DNA of 63,860 nt, filler included, from Bigelowiella natans CCMP2755 (lineage: Eukaryota > Protista > Cercozoa): NCBI GenBank assembly GCA_000320545.1. It is 5 parts of 5 records of this genome, joined end to end, with 100 filler letters (N's around TTAATTAATTAA, not from the genome) between each part and the next. Parts side by side here need not be neighbours in the genome. Positions count along the whole stretch, not along the records: positions 19,761 to 27,993 come from ADNK01001942.1; positions 28,094 to 53,894 come from ADNK01000777.1; 3 more parts are not named here. One strand, given 5' to 3'. Under the pieces are notes generated by a model. It had not been told where the DNA came from. It ran no database searches and saw only the letters and a program-made list of their open reading frames with translations. The position numbers were made by a program, and so were the translations under genes. Shown here piece after piece: positions 25,430-38,324 of this stretch. Within the stretch, counting starts at the first letter, position 1, and the number at the start of each line of letters is the position of its first letter.

Positions 25430-26400
25430 CGCTCCTGCATGTATGCATAAAGTGTATGCCGTTTATGTACCAGATTAAGCAGCACAGCGTACGTTGATGC
25501 TACAAGTATACGGAGCGAGCACTACGAAGAACCGCCCTATATAGCTGCCTTGCCTACATGCAATCGTTTTGAGCTTTACGAGCCGTGCGCGAATGTGATC
25601 TTAGTCGCTTCATCATTACTCGCATCAGCGCTGAATGTGCTGCGATCTGCGATGCATGTATTGCACGTAGCAATTATATAGCAATGCTCATTGTAATCAA
25701 CGGTACAGCATTAACATGACTTATATAAAGGTTTGTGTACTTATTATAGTGCAATTATATGAGAAATGTGCATATTGCACGTACATACCGCTGCACGCGC
25801 GCACCCTGCAAAAAGCTGGCGGCTGCGCTCGATCTGCGCGCCAGCAGCATGCAGAGCACACTACTTATTTGCGATAAGTATAGCTAACTAGCTAGGCTAG
25901 CTAGCCTCATCTAGTCATGAGCTATAGAGCATACGGAAAGTTACGCATGCATGAGTGCCTTAATTAATCGCGCGCAATAAGCCCTTCCATGCGCCTGACC
26001 GAGCGCTAGAGCGTACTACTTGTAAGAACATGCAGCCGTGCGTTCAATATGTTCAAGCGGCTGGACCTTGCTACCACGCTGCTAGCGTTGTGTAGTCTAT
26101 AAAGCTATGATGACTAATACACTGCTCTAGTATTGCGCCAGTGGGATCGCCATGCTAGCATGTGCATTCTACTACAGCATAGCAGGTGCACGTTTGCTTA
26201 TGCTTACTACCTGCAACGATGTAATGCAACACAACACATGCAGCAGCGACTGGCTAGCTGGGCACATACACGACAACCAACTTCAAAACAAATTGCCTTT
26301 AAATGTGAAACCGCAGCAAGCAGGGCGCGCATCTGAATCGAATGCCATGGCGCGTGTTCGGAGCCGAGATTACAAAGCAAGTCGGCGTACCTACCACATT
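25430..26400. other. CC/GG-poor, GCTAGC/TGCA-rich tract between convergent genes
   Basis: Same signature. Lies between stops at 25221 (+) and 26432 (-). Confidence 0.75.
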
Positions 26401-26431
26401 TGCGAATTAAAGCTAACAAATAGTAAAAACC

Positions 26432-27685
26432 CTAATCCTCCGGAGATTCCATTTCTTCCTCGCTCTGCCCAGCCTCTTCGTCCTGGATGCTCTGCAGCAG
26501 CACTTTGGAGTCTTTGGCTGCATTATGTTTAAGAAAGATACCGTGAGATGCATTCGCGTTCCGAATACTGCTTTGCGTGACCGCTACGAGTCGATCTAGC
26601 TTCTACTCAGCAATTGAACATGTCAGACTGCTATGAGAGGCCCACCTTCATCATGTAGCAAGACAATCACACGTCTCTCTCTATAGTTGCGGCCATGGTG
26701 ATCGCCACAACACGCGATGGCGGGGGGGGGGGGGGGAAGAAGACTTTTAGCATTTTTTCCACCGCGCTCTCGCTTTCTCACTGACAAAACAAAATCAACT
26801 GAAAGTGCCTTGGAACCGATCGCAACTCTCGAGCAGCAAAACGGTTCTGTACGTCAACGACACGGCAGAGATGCAGCCAATATCGAAACGTCCGCCACGA
26901 GTACTCGCGCCATGGCGCTATAGCTTTCCTCCATACACGCACGCTAATACGAATTGGCGCGAAATGGGAAGAAGAAAACAAAAGGAGCAAAGCTTCCCCA
27001 ACTTACCGTTGTAGTGCTTGCTTTCTCCTCACCCGCTTCGCTTTTAGGAGCAGAAGAAGGATTTGTAGGAGGAGGTCGGCCAATGCCGCCATCACCAACA
27101 ATAGCAGTCGCAGCGCCAGTTGCGGCCTCTCTCCGCACCTATAGAATGGTTTTTTTTTAGATGAGACTGTAACTACTGATGACCCTTGCCGTCTATTCGG
27201 AACGATATATCTCGCGTTGAATTGCCGGGGCGGGAAGGGGGGCGGGGGGGCGGTGTTGTTTTTGAAACGGCATTTTTTTTTTTTTAATCTAAGCACTTGC
27301 GCGAGCGGAGCGGAATACGCACACACGCACACACACATGTACATATATTGTAATATCATATTCACATAGATTGTAAACAACGGGCACCTTGTACTGATCA
27401 AGCGACTCAGGGAAGTCGAAGTGCACGAGAACGCCCACGGTGTGCTGTGGATATATTTATTACATGCGGAGAGCGCGAAAACCATTCTCATCACAACCGG
27501 CATCATCAATAGCACTGTTGTTCGTTCTCGATGCAGCGAGAGTGCTCTGTGACGTGAATCGAAAAATCGAGGAAGCCCCCGAGCAGAGGGCCGACTTCCA
27601 ATGCAATGCTTGCCCGCAACAGCGCGATCATGGTGATTTGTGAGAGGTACCGAGATGAAGAGGATCTTCTCCAGATATTCGTCGC
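26432..27685 (-). CDS. 3' part of an unknown multi-exon gene, possibly a degenerate helicase C-terminal domain
   Basis: GT-AG-bounded exons DEYLEKILFIS, HTVGVLVHFDFPESLDQYK (resembles the DEAD-box V.NYDFP...Y segment) and VRREAATG..ASTTT. The last exon reads ..QDEEAGQSEEEMESPED*. Confidence 0.4.
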
Positions 27686-27832
27686 TGTTTTGAGTGAAGC
27701 GAATTTTAGATCTCGCATTTGTGTGTTTACTATTTGATTGGCTGATGGATGATGAGATCAGTTTGGTAGGTTGCCGTCCAACTCAACCCCCTCCCCCCCC
27801 GCCCGCTACATCTTTCCCTAACGCGAGCAGAG

Positions 27833-27869
<37 letters not shown>

Positions 27870-27993
27870 GTGTTTGCTGGGCCAATTCATGGTGAGCGTG
27901 GACGCGTGGACGCGAAGACAAAGGCAATAGAAAGAGATGTTAGGCAAATACAGTAATCGGCGGAGTTGGGAGAGGAGAATTCGCATATATTTG

Positions 27994-28093
27994 NNNNNNN
28001 NNNNNNNNNNNNNNNNNNNNNNNNNNNNNNNNNNNNNTTAATTAATTAANNNNNNNNNNNNNNNNNNNNNNNNNNNNNNNNNNNNNNNNNNNN
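27994..28093. other. Artificial contig linker
   Basis: N44-TTAATTAATTAA-N44. Confidence 0.98.
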
Positions 28094-28172
28094 TCAGCCA
28101 CCGTGTAGCCCCCTGCATCACCGATAATATGCTCATCTCCCTAACCCCTCCTCTCCACTCTCTCTCTCCTTC

Positions 28173-28241
<69 letters not shown>

Positions 28242-28921
28242 TTCAACGCAAATCCCAAGTCTCTCCTCTCCTTCTTCTTCTTCTTCTATTATATTGTTCT
28301 TCTTCTTCATCTTCATCATCGTGATACCTTAACAACGTCAGGGTCTGTAAAGACTTTGTTCAGAACATGCATCTCGTGACGCAGAGCTAGTGTGTCGACC
28401 AAGAAGTCCTCATCACGTGTGGAAATCTTAGATAATAATAAGCAGTTGCCACCATCATCACCACCACCACCACCAAAGCATTTATCAACCCCAAGAAAGA
28501 TATATGCACATAATATCACCATCGTCGTCATCACTACTCGTATAATCATGGAATTCAATTTGAGAAGCAGCGAATATAAGCAAGATACTTTGGTCAAAAC
28601 ACTAACATAAGCGCAACATTACTCCTCCTCCTCCTCCTTCTATTCTCACCTGCATAAGACATGTGAAACCCTGGTATGTACGATAGCTGTGGTGCTCCAA
28701 GTCGACGGCAATTTCCTTCACCTTTTCGGCGCGACAATCAAAAGGAACATAGAAGAAACAACAGAGATGTTATTATCATCTTCATCACGATGATCATGAT
28801 CGTTGTCACTCTTATCATTATCGTCTCTATTCCATATGATCATCCTGAGACCCTCCAACTCAGAAATAAAAGCCATTTTCAACAGGAAGACATTCAAAAG
28901 GAGGAAACACACACTCACACA

Positions 28922-28972
<51 letters not shown>

Positions 28973-29574
28973 AGCATACATTCTGAAATACCTTGCTGCT
29001 GTCGCTCGAAGTCCCTCCTCCTCCTTCCGTATTGGTTAATTTATCGACCAGTTGATGCAATTTTTCCTCCGTGTCCACCCAGCTGCAGGGCGTTTGATCT
29101 AAGCTACCTGTATATATCAAGCAAACAATAGATGAGACAACAAATGCAACCATCCGAACGGGAGCAGCCTGCCCCCTTCCACTTGTACTGCTACTGCTGC
29201 TGCTGTTTTGTCTACGGTCACTGCTTTGCCTCCGTACCGTATTTGTGTTCTTTTGTCGGTTTTAGCTGATGTTGCGGTGGATTGAACTGCTTCAATTCCG
29301 GGCCATATGGATGCTCGGCGCATACATCCATATTGCTCTTTTTCGAATCGCTAGTGTTGCCGCCATTGCCGCTGCTACTGCTACTGTCAGGGCCGACTTC
29401 TATTCCCAAATGCATCAGGTGACGCCCCACGTCATCGTCGTCATCGTCTTCGCTCTGGTTTCTTCCACCACCATTCTGATGAAGTAGAGAAGAGAGATCA
29501 GCAGATGAAGCACCGATGATGGATGACATGATGATACGACAACGACAAAATCGTTGTGTGATTATTGTACCCCT

Positions 29575-29608
<34 letters not shown>

Positions 29609-31020
29609 GCTACTGCTATTTTTCTTTCAGCACCCTGTTCTTCGATGAAGCTTCTGATATCTTCTTCAGCTTTGAGTAATTTGGGAGTGGAGCGATTGCG
29701 TTGGGCTTTGATCTAAATTGATATTTTTACCAAAACAATACGAAAAGGGAAGAGAGAAGAGTGAGTGAGAAGATACGGTGGACACTAAGGAGGGCGAGTA
29801 GGAAGGTAAGGAGAATAATGAGAAAAAAGGAGAGCAGAGAGGAGGCCAGATTATAACCTTAATTTTGGAATAAAAGGTCTTGAGAAGTTGTCGATCTTGT
29901 CCTTTATGGTGTGTAAGGGGGGGGGGGGTACGTGGGAGTAGAGTTTAAATGCGCGGACGAATACTCGACGAATGAATCAATAAGTAGTGTGCAATTTTAT
30001 TTATATTTCTCATGCATTCGTATCACGATATATCAGTACTCGCCACTGCTCTATTTATCTCGGTTGTCTAAAATGCTCTCTACCTTGAACTGAAGCTGCG
30101 GCTTCGACATCGCACCAGAAGACTGGAGGAAGCTGACGTGGCCTTTGTGCCTTTTTATCCGAGATTGCATTGCTTTCTGCTGCGCATTGGTTAGGTTTCC
30201 TGGGTCTCCCGATCGAATCATATCAATTTTCATATCTACCGTTTCCAGTGCTTTATCTGAGGCATAAGATGTGTGTTTAGATAAATGGCCGAAAGAGGGA
30301 GAAAGCCATTTGCGAGATGGATTTTCGTCGGTGTCGATATCGTAATTTTCTGCGATGCATTAGGGTGAAGGAGAATATGGCTACCTGAGAAATCGATGCA
30401 TTTATTGAGTTGGCTACGAGAATCTCCAGAAGAGAGCGAAAGCTGTTCTTTACTTCGGGCATCGAACAAGAATTTCCCAATTCTGAAAAAATATTGCCAC
30501 ATTGTTAACCGAAACGCCAAAAAAATGATGATATGAAATATCAGCTGAGATTCAAACCTTTCGATAGTTGCCAATATTTTCCCTCCTACCCGCTTCTTGG
30601 GATTTGAAAAACTCGGAAATGATGAGTAGTAGCGGTTTTCTGTTTATTTATAACACATGTCCTAACTTATAATGGCGCGATTGTCTCGGAATGTTAGGGC
30701 TGGCTTCGGTGTGAAAATAACTAACACATGCCTGATAGTAGTAATATGACAATCCGTACAAATGATTATTTCTTACCATCCTCATCTGGAAGCCTATTGG
30801 AAGATATAACGCCAGCCACTGACTTTTTCACCAATCCGGTGATGTATGCCGAGGCTTTACTATTATTGTTTCCCTGCGATGATGCTGAGGATAAGGATGT
30901 CGAAGGCGGGGCACCACTTACTGCTCCCTTAGTCCCTGACACGGCATGGCCACTGCCTTTGCTATCTTTTTCAGAGCGGCTTGTGCTCAGCAGGATTTCG
31001 TCGAGCGGTCGTTGCTGCAT
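28094..31020 (-). CDS. RRP6: Nuclear exosome 3'-5' exoribonuclease RRP6/EXOSC10, multi-exon, 3' truncated by the contig end
   Basis: Exons: SNRLPDED|ENRYYSSFP (PMC2NT-like), [55 protein letters not shown]|[33 protein letters not shown] (DEDDy Exo I region). Confidence 0.93.
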
Positions 31021-31171
31021 TTGTCAAGCGCTTCTTATTATCCCGATTCACAACTAGCTTTTGAATCCTTCAGATAAAGCTGACAGGAAACAGACATTTA
31101 AGAAGGAGAAAATGATTTTCGAATGTGAATCAAGGAGGGCATTGCTTCATTGTCAAACTACAGAACAGAGC

Positions 31172-31211
<40 letters not shown>

Positions 31212-32099
31212 TGGGGGGGATAAAATGAGAGAGTAACGACCCTACAATGAAGTGAATATTAGCAACAATAAGGAGCACCGAGTGATGCGCGTTCCAGTTC
31301 CTCGTGATTCCTCTTTCTCCTCTCTCTCCTCTCTCACTGCCGCAGGGCGATGGGCAAGAAGACCAGCCAACGGACGGAAAGACGACTCGCTGTTAATACG
31401 CCAAGTGTTGCAAGGGTTGTTGCCAGTTTAGTATTATCAATAACAACATTTTTATTAGAAGTTTTACGCACAAAATATTCTCTTCAATGCGCTTTCTAAG
31501 GTGATGCTACCTCTTCATTAAATATACCGAAAAAACTTCCGAAGCTAACCGTTGCGGCAAAACCGGCAGCAGCCCTTTTTTCCTGATATTTGGCAGTTCT
31601 AGCGGAAATGCGCTAGAGCTCTTTTCTACGACAACCAGCATTGGCTGTCTCCCGAGGAAGCGGTTTCGGGAGTAACTTCTGTCATGCGAGGCTTCTCTAT
31701 CTGCGCTCGGAAGTTCCTCCGACAAAATCCTACCAGGTGGATCGCCCATCTCCTAAACAAAATGTTGCCCTCGATTTCAGTGCGGAGTTCCATGGGTATC
31801 TAGCCGTGTTACTTTTTCCCCCGTCCTTCACTTCGAACGATGATATCGGCGAAAACAACAAAACAATACTAATTTATTGAAAGGCTCTTAAGCCGATAAC
31901 ATCTTAAGAAAAAGTCTCTAAAGCAACAAAGAACAAACTAACCAAACCCTAACCCCGCCCCTTCAGCGCGATCAGCTTCGGGTACACCTTCATTTCCAAC
32001 GTTGATGCTTCAACAGTGACACCCGGCTGAGCTTATTGATAATGCATACCTGGTAGACTTGGAGCTACGTCTTCCCGATCGTGACGCTAGAGTGTGGCC

Positions 32100-34457
32100 A
32101 TGGACGAAGCCAAACTGCCGCAAGGTATCAATGAAGTCCTAGGATAACATTAATTTATGGATTCGCTAGATGCAAAAATATAGGGTGGGAGAGAGACCGG
32201 AAAGTACCATCTTTGAAGCTTCATCTTCCAAACATATCAGTTGATAACGGTGGAGATGAGAAAGCCAAGAAACAAGGTGCTCACGCATTGGACCAGCAGC
32301 ATGTAGCAAGCGGCTCCCTAGACCAAGCAATGGATGAAGACGATGACAGCAGTGACTTTGAAGAGTTTCCAATTGTACGCCCAACTAGGATTACTGCAAA
32401 AGAAGCGTCTGATCAATCATCATCATCGGCGTTGCCATCAGACAAATCAAGTTCGAAGGCGAACGATGTCGTCCCATGCTCCTCCTCGTCGACTGAATCA
32501 CCGGCCGACAAAACAAAGGGTACTACTAGTCCATCAGAAACTAAAATGATGATCGCAGTGGGAGAATATTCACACAACAAATGGTGATAATACACTTTCC
32601 TATGCATTAGCAGAAGTCAAAGAAGATGCATCTGGGGAGAACAAGAGAGCCGGCGATTCGAATGCCATAAAGCAGCCAGAGATTCAGAAAGCCAGAATAA
32701 ATTCAAATCCATCCGTTGGGACACAACAAGAGAACTTCAAAGCTGCAAAACCTATCAAAAGCAACACCTTCTCTAAATCGAAAATGGGTGCGGCGGAAGA
32801 GACGCTCCAAGCAAAGCGTTCTAAGAGTGGCAAGTTACACATCCCCAAGGCGAGCGAGAGGAAAATGTTTGTGCCAAAAAGGAAGGAAGTCTCCGAAGAT
32901 GACGATTTCGATGATAGCGTATTTTTGACAAAAGAGGAACGCGAGAAGTTAGAACGAGAGAAACTACAGGCAAAAAAGGAAATCAAACCAGGAAGACGTC
33001 AATTGAGGCCATCTCGGAAGCAGAAGAGATTTACACAAAAAAAACCAGCTTCAAATTTAAAAGTATGCCTGTGACTCACTTTCATTACTTTCCAAACTGA
33101 ATAGTTCAATAAATGTTATCTGTGTACACTAGGAGCCATCAAAGGCAGACAGTAGCGGAGGTATAGCTCGGCTCGATGAGCGACGTGTAGCCACTAAGGA
33201 CGACAGCGACGAAAAAAGGCAGCAGGAAGATCCTAAAGAATCCGGCAACAAGAATCAAGATAATGTAGGACCGATACTAGATGTATTCGGAGATTATGAG
33301 GACAACAACAACAACAACAACATGGCTGTGCAAACAACTGATGCAAAGGAAGAAAATGAGGACGATGAAGGTGGTGGGGGTGAAGAACAGGATGACCACG
33401 ACGAAGATGAAGATGTAGAGAACGAGTGGAAAGCTGTCACCGCAATGCGTAACAAGCAGATAGAACAAGAGGCAGAAGATGCTAAGCAAGTTGGGATAAT
33501 AAAGAAAGCGACGGAATCAAAGGCAATCGCATATGTTGAAGCGCTTCTAGAGCTAAAACTTCTCGATCTAACCGAATTCAAAGACAAGATTAAGGTGACT
33601 AAGCTATTCGAATCAACAGTGGTAGAGCTAAAGATTATTGTCATAACGCTAGGTTGAGTCGACAGATGGCGTAAGTGGATTGAGGAAGATGTCCTTCTTG
33701 ATTTTCGGAAAGCCGAAGCTTAGAACGAAAAAACTTATCGACGAAAGAACGAAGGTATTTTTACTGGCGAAGGCAAAGCTAGATCATCAAAGCGCACCAC
33801 AGACACGGGTAACTTTTTCCTTTTTCGATATAACTACGCCTATTTTCCAACATATAACTACGCCTATTTTCCAATAGCTGAATCACCGTATACAATCAAT
33901 TTCTCAATTACTAGATTCTTCAAACGATATACCGACTCGGCACCGGAGACAATCGAGCTTGCCCAAAGTTTGGATCGCATTGGTCAGCATTAGGGTTTCA
34001 GGGAAACGACCCTGGGACTGATCTTCGAGGTGCTGGACTCTATGGCCTCCTCCAGCTTCTGTATCTTCTTGAGAATGAGCCGGTGTTGTGTCATCGTATT
34101 CTCTTACTGTCACGGAGTGAGGATCAGAAATTTCCCTTCGCAGTCGTCTCCTTTAATTGGACAGGAATTGTCTTGCAAGTCATGAGAGAGGGGAAGATCT
34201 TCCCTTTGATAAACAACCGTGGAAGCGTATTTGAAATGCTGAATGAACTTCACACGGCAATATATTACTCATTTTACTTGAAATGGAAAAATGATATGTG
34301 CACCATCGTCAACTTCGGGGAGGTGAGTAAACAACTTCATAAGGATGTGCGAAAGAACCCATCGGTTTGCTTAAAGCAGCTTCAAAGATATAAAGAAGAG
34401 ATGAAGGCTAGGAGTGAGCAAAATTCAGAGAAGATCGAATTTGGAAATTCGAGCTAG
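32100..34457 (+). CDS. ELMO/CED-12 domain protein (ELMOD-like Arf/Arl GAP) with long disordered N-terminus, multi-exon
   Basis: Last exon: ILQTIYRLGTGDNRACPKFGSHWSALGFQGNDPGTDLRGAGLYGLLQL..FPFAVVSFNWT. Contains the W..LGFQG.DP.TD.RG.G ELMO signature. Confidence 0.9.
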
Positions 34458-34529
34458 AATAGAGTCTAATGCGGTGCAGCGTTGAAATCTATATTTTTCT
34501 ATCTGACGAGGAATCGCGGCAGCTAGGAA

Positions 34530-35260
34530 GTAAAACATGTGTGCATCGCTCATTCAAAGCCATGCCTCGCTCTAATCTACACATGTTTAGCACACGTGCT
34601 GACATCTCAAGATTGCTCCAGGACTAAAAGTGCACATTGACACCGATCACACATTACATAATCATTTGGAAAAATGCATACTAAGTACAGCACTCTAATG
34701 ATCCTATGTATGCACTCTCACAAGCGTCAGAATCAACACGCACAATAATGAACTGAACAAGAAACTAAAAATGCCCCGATAAACACGCATATCGCAATTG
34801 ACGCATGTAAAGGGCATATGAGGCACCTCTTAGTCCATTGGTGTTGCATTAGCGCGCAATTGTTCTGAAATGAATGCCAGTCATTCGGCGTTCTACAAAA
34901 TTCTACAAAATGTGCTTAAGTTGATGTAAGTGTATACAGACAATGTGCAAATTCGTGTGGCATCTTCATATTGCATGATGAGCCGACAAAGCGACGAAAG
35001 CCATTTTGCTTGAAAATGCAATATGCATAGCAAAAGAGCACTTGCATGAGGCTAGCGAACGCTAATAACGGGGCGCTTTGGCCAGTGCGTGGCAAAAAAA
35101 GGATGCATGAAATTTTAGCAATAAGTTTCCACAGGTGCACTTTCGGGAAATGTAGCATGTTGCTTACGCGGTTAGCAATGACTAAAAAAGATGTGGGTAT
35201 AGCGTACATTTTATAACATTCACAACACACGACTAGCTTAGCAGCCGAAAGCAATAAAAA
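34530..35260. other. CC/GG-poor, TGCA/CATG-rich tract between convergent ELMOD and BIR genes
   Basis: Same signature, somewhat weaker. Confidence 0.6.
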
Positions 35261-35388
35261 CATTTTTTTTTTCGGAAATCTATCGCAGACACTGTAAGTA
35301 ACTTCTTTCCCATTAATGATGATATTATTAATTCAATTTTCACTGAACCGGCAACATGTACCTATCAATTGGGTCATTTATATGCTAT

Positions 35389-37168
35389 TCATCCAAAATT
35401 GTTTAACGGAGGAGAGAAAAGAATATTAGCAGATAGCTGCCGTACAACATAGTAAGTCGGGGAGATCAGGCACATCATTCCTTGGAGAAGCTTGATAGTA
35501 TTATTTTTCGAAGAAAGGTTGATGAGAATGTCCTGAACTCGGATGGGAATGGCCCTGAAGAGAATGGAATCATTAATCACTCGGAATTCTATGAAGAATG
35601 AAGCCAGAAACGGGTCATACCAAATTGTATCGAAGAGGGAGTGGAAACAGGTGGAACCTGAAGGCGAAACAGCGTACATGAGTGTGAAAAAGAGTAATCA
35701 ATGATATGGTGTTTGCGATTAGTGCATATGTTCACCGCAGAAGATCCTAAGGTGTCGTTGCTGCGATTTATTTTCTTCTGCCGCTTCTCCAAGATCCTAT
35801 GTATAGTCGGAAGGAAGTGGAGAAGCAAACGATTATGTCTGCAAGAGCAGTTCAACTTTACGATTGCAGAGGTAAGAAAATATATTCTACGGGACAGAGA
35901 AGAGGTTTGTGGTTGCAGAAGAAGCACCTATCAAAGCAAGGGACTGCGGACAAGTTGTTGCGGCACCTTGTCAATAAAGAAAAGTATCACTGTGCTCAGT
36001 ATATACGCTCATGAATTTTTTTATGTAACCTATAGTCGTATCTATGCTTTCATAAATCATTGAAATATAAACTTTAACCCCAACTTAGCTGCGAAACGTA
36101 TTCAATGTGTAGTATACGTGCTAGGCGAACGTGTCAAATGCAAATTGAAGCAATTTTTTCTCTGATAGATTTGAGCTTTTCTCGATTTAATACCTCTTCC
36201 TTTGCGAAGAAGACGATGTTTTGGACTTAACGACCATAGTCTAAGGATTCACGAAGAATATGGTCATCGCGGTCGGGTGGAGTACAGGTGATGCAGAATT
36301 TACCTTTCCTTCTTTCGATGCTTCGGTTGTTTCCTTTTGCGCTTCAAAATCATAATTTATACACACCAGCTTTAATAATCAATACTGACCAATTGCATGG
36401 ATGATTTTCGTCGATCGAAAATGTAAATTACTTGTTCTAGAATGCTTGTTTGTACGGGATTCAGAATCAGCCTGCAGGTAAAATTTTGATGGTAGAAATT
36501 CTCATTTCACTAGATAAAGCACAACTAGTAGGAGTATTATTATTATGGACAAACTAGCCCCAAGGTAAGTTTACGAAGATGCTGATCATGATTATGACAC
36601 GTTTCAGAATTGGAGTGAAATTCTTGCCTTCTGTTCTTCTTTTTTGACCAGTGGGCAGTTTGGAGAATGAACCTACGAAAAAAATTATCATCATCGCTCG
36701 TTGTGCATTTCAGACGAAGCTTTACTTTGTGTTCAATTATGGGTTCATCGTCCTCTTCCCAGCCTACAAGGGCAACCTGCAATTATAACAGTAACCGTGT
36801 TTATCCAAGTCTCATTTGAGCGAATTGAGGTGTGCCACAATGTTACCCCACACTGGTAGCAGATGCACCTAAGGTAGGAGGAGGAGATATGTGAAGGCAC
36901 GTGCCAACAAAAGAATTCAAAAGCCGATGCTATACCTGTCTCGATGACCCCTACCCGGAGCATGGAAAAACCTAAAAGGGTTAATCGGGAAGATATGGAT
37001 CAAAACATACACAAAAATGCGAGATCGTTATTCTTCGGTCTAATACCCGCTCAGAGCAAGGAGGGTTGGAGTGGCGTAATGCGACGATCCATGGGGCCAT
37101 TCCTCGTCGAAGGACCGCAATCGGGCCTCGAAGGTGTTCATTTTCGGGACTTTAGGGACGCTTGCCAT
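35389..37168 (-). CDS. BIR-domain (survivin/Bir1-like IAP) protein, many short exons; 3' end uncertain
   Basis: Spliced: MASVPKVPKMNTFEARLRSFDEEWPHGSSHYATPTLLALSG|FFHAPGRGHRDR|CICYQCG|VALVGWEEDDEPIIEHK|VHSPNCPLV. This gives exact C-x2-C-x16-H-x6-C plus R..SF..WP. Further minus-strand GT-AG introns run down to ~35550. Confidence 0.88.
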
Positions 37169-37679
37169 CGCTGTGCAGGTCTTTCTCGTATCAGAGCATC
37201 ATCACCCAGAGGCCGCTGAGTCTGAGATCGTTCATGTTGCCGCCAGTAGCCGGTGTTTACCAGTGATTGTGCAGAAAATGTCCTACAATTTATGCCTTGC
37301 GTCAAAGACTCACTCACCCTTTTTCGGTTGAACAGCGCCGGGGGAAATGCGACTGAATTCGACTTTTTGCATGTGGGCGCGGAGTGATCGGCCGGCAGCG
37401 CAACAACGTGAACCCCCCCTGAACACACTGTCTCTCCGTTGATTCCCCTCGCACGCCACATTTTGCTTTCATCAGATGAGTCCGCCCCGGAACTCCATCA
37501 AGACTTGGAGACCCCCAAGCTGGCAAGCAAACATCCACGGACAAACACAAAACGCAACGACTGCTAGTCTGGCCGTTGTTCCTGGCTTCGCGCCATCGCT
37601 GGATCGAAAGATGTGCAATCAAACTTGTTCAATGGTCACCCTGCTTTGCATGGACACATTGCGATGACCCTTGAAAGAT

Positions 37680-38100
37680 TCAATCACTTTGCTGCATCCG
37701 TCTCACCCTGCTGCGTGTGGCTGTGCAAAGCAGCAGCCAGAGCGCTTGTTGATGCCAAATCCATTTGTTTTCTGTCTTGAGGGACATGTGCGTGCGTGTG
37801 AAATTTGGACACACCATCTCTAGATCTAGATCCTGCGCGCGATGGTGAAGACAACAAAGCTTTTGTTGCTGCAGAAAATCTAGCTAGAATCAGCTGCGCC
37901 TTGTAGAGCATCTCTAGATCTGCACAGATCCAACCCAAAAGTAAAGTCAAGAAGATGGCAGAAGAAAATTCAATGGCGAAGTGCGATGAGAAATTCTTCT
38001 TCAAAGCCATCTAGCTAGCGTCAAATGGCACAACCTACGTACGCACATGCATGACGGGCACACACGATCATGTTGCAGTTGTTTTGAATTGAATTCACAA
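37680..38100. other. CC/GG-poor, CTAG/TGCA-rich tract downstream of the P-type ATPase 3' end
   Basis: TCTAGATCTAGATC, CTAGCTAG and GCATG words; few CC/GG. Confidence 0.6.
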
Positions 38101-38324
38101 GAAGAATGATGATAGACACAGCAACGGCTGGTTTAAATGCATCATCATTGTCACATTGCTAATGGTTGCCTTTTTTTACGTTGGCAATCTAACGACAATG
38201 CTAATCAATTTCCACATAGGACTTTGTAATATTCTATTTTCTGTTAAATGTTCATTCATTCTATGCTAACATATATCGTCCCGAGCCTCCTTTTCTCAGT
38301 TAAGTTTATCTGCAACCAGGATTT

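Noticed and set aside
31944-31952. Telo-box-like AAACCCTAA upstream of ELMOD
   Set aside because: Single short match, not seen in the other promoters.
33828-33874. ~23-bp direct duplication in an ELMOD intron
   Set aside because: Simple local slippage with no TIR/TSD structure.
35290-36063. Possible plus-strand gene suggested by GTAAG words
   Set aside because: No coherent frame; minus-strand introns with branch points fit continuation of the BIR gene better.
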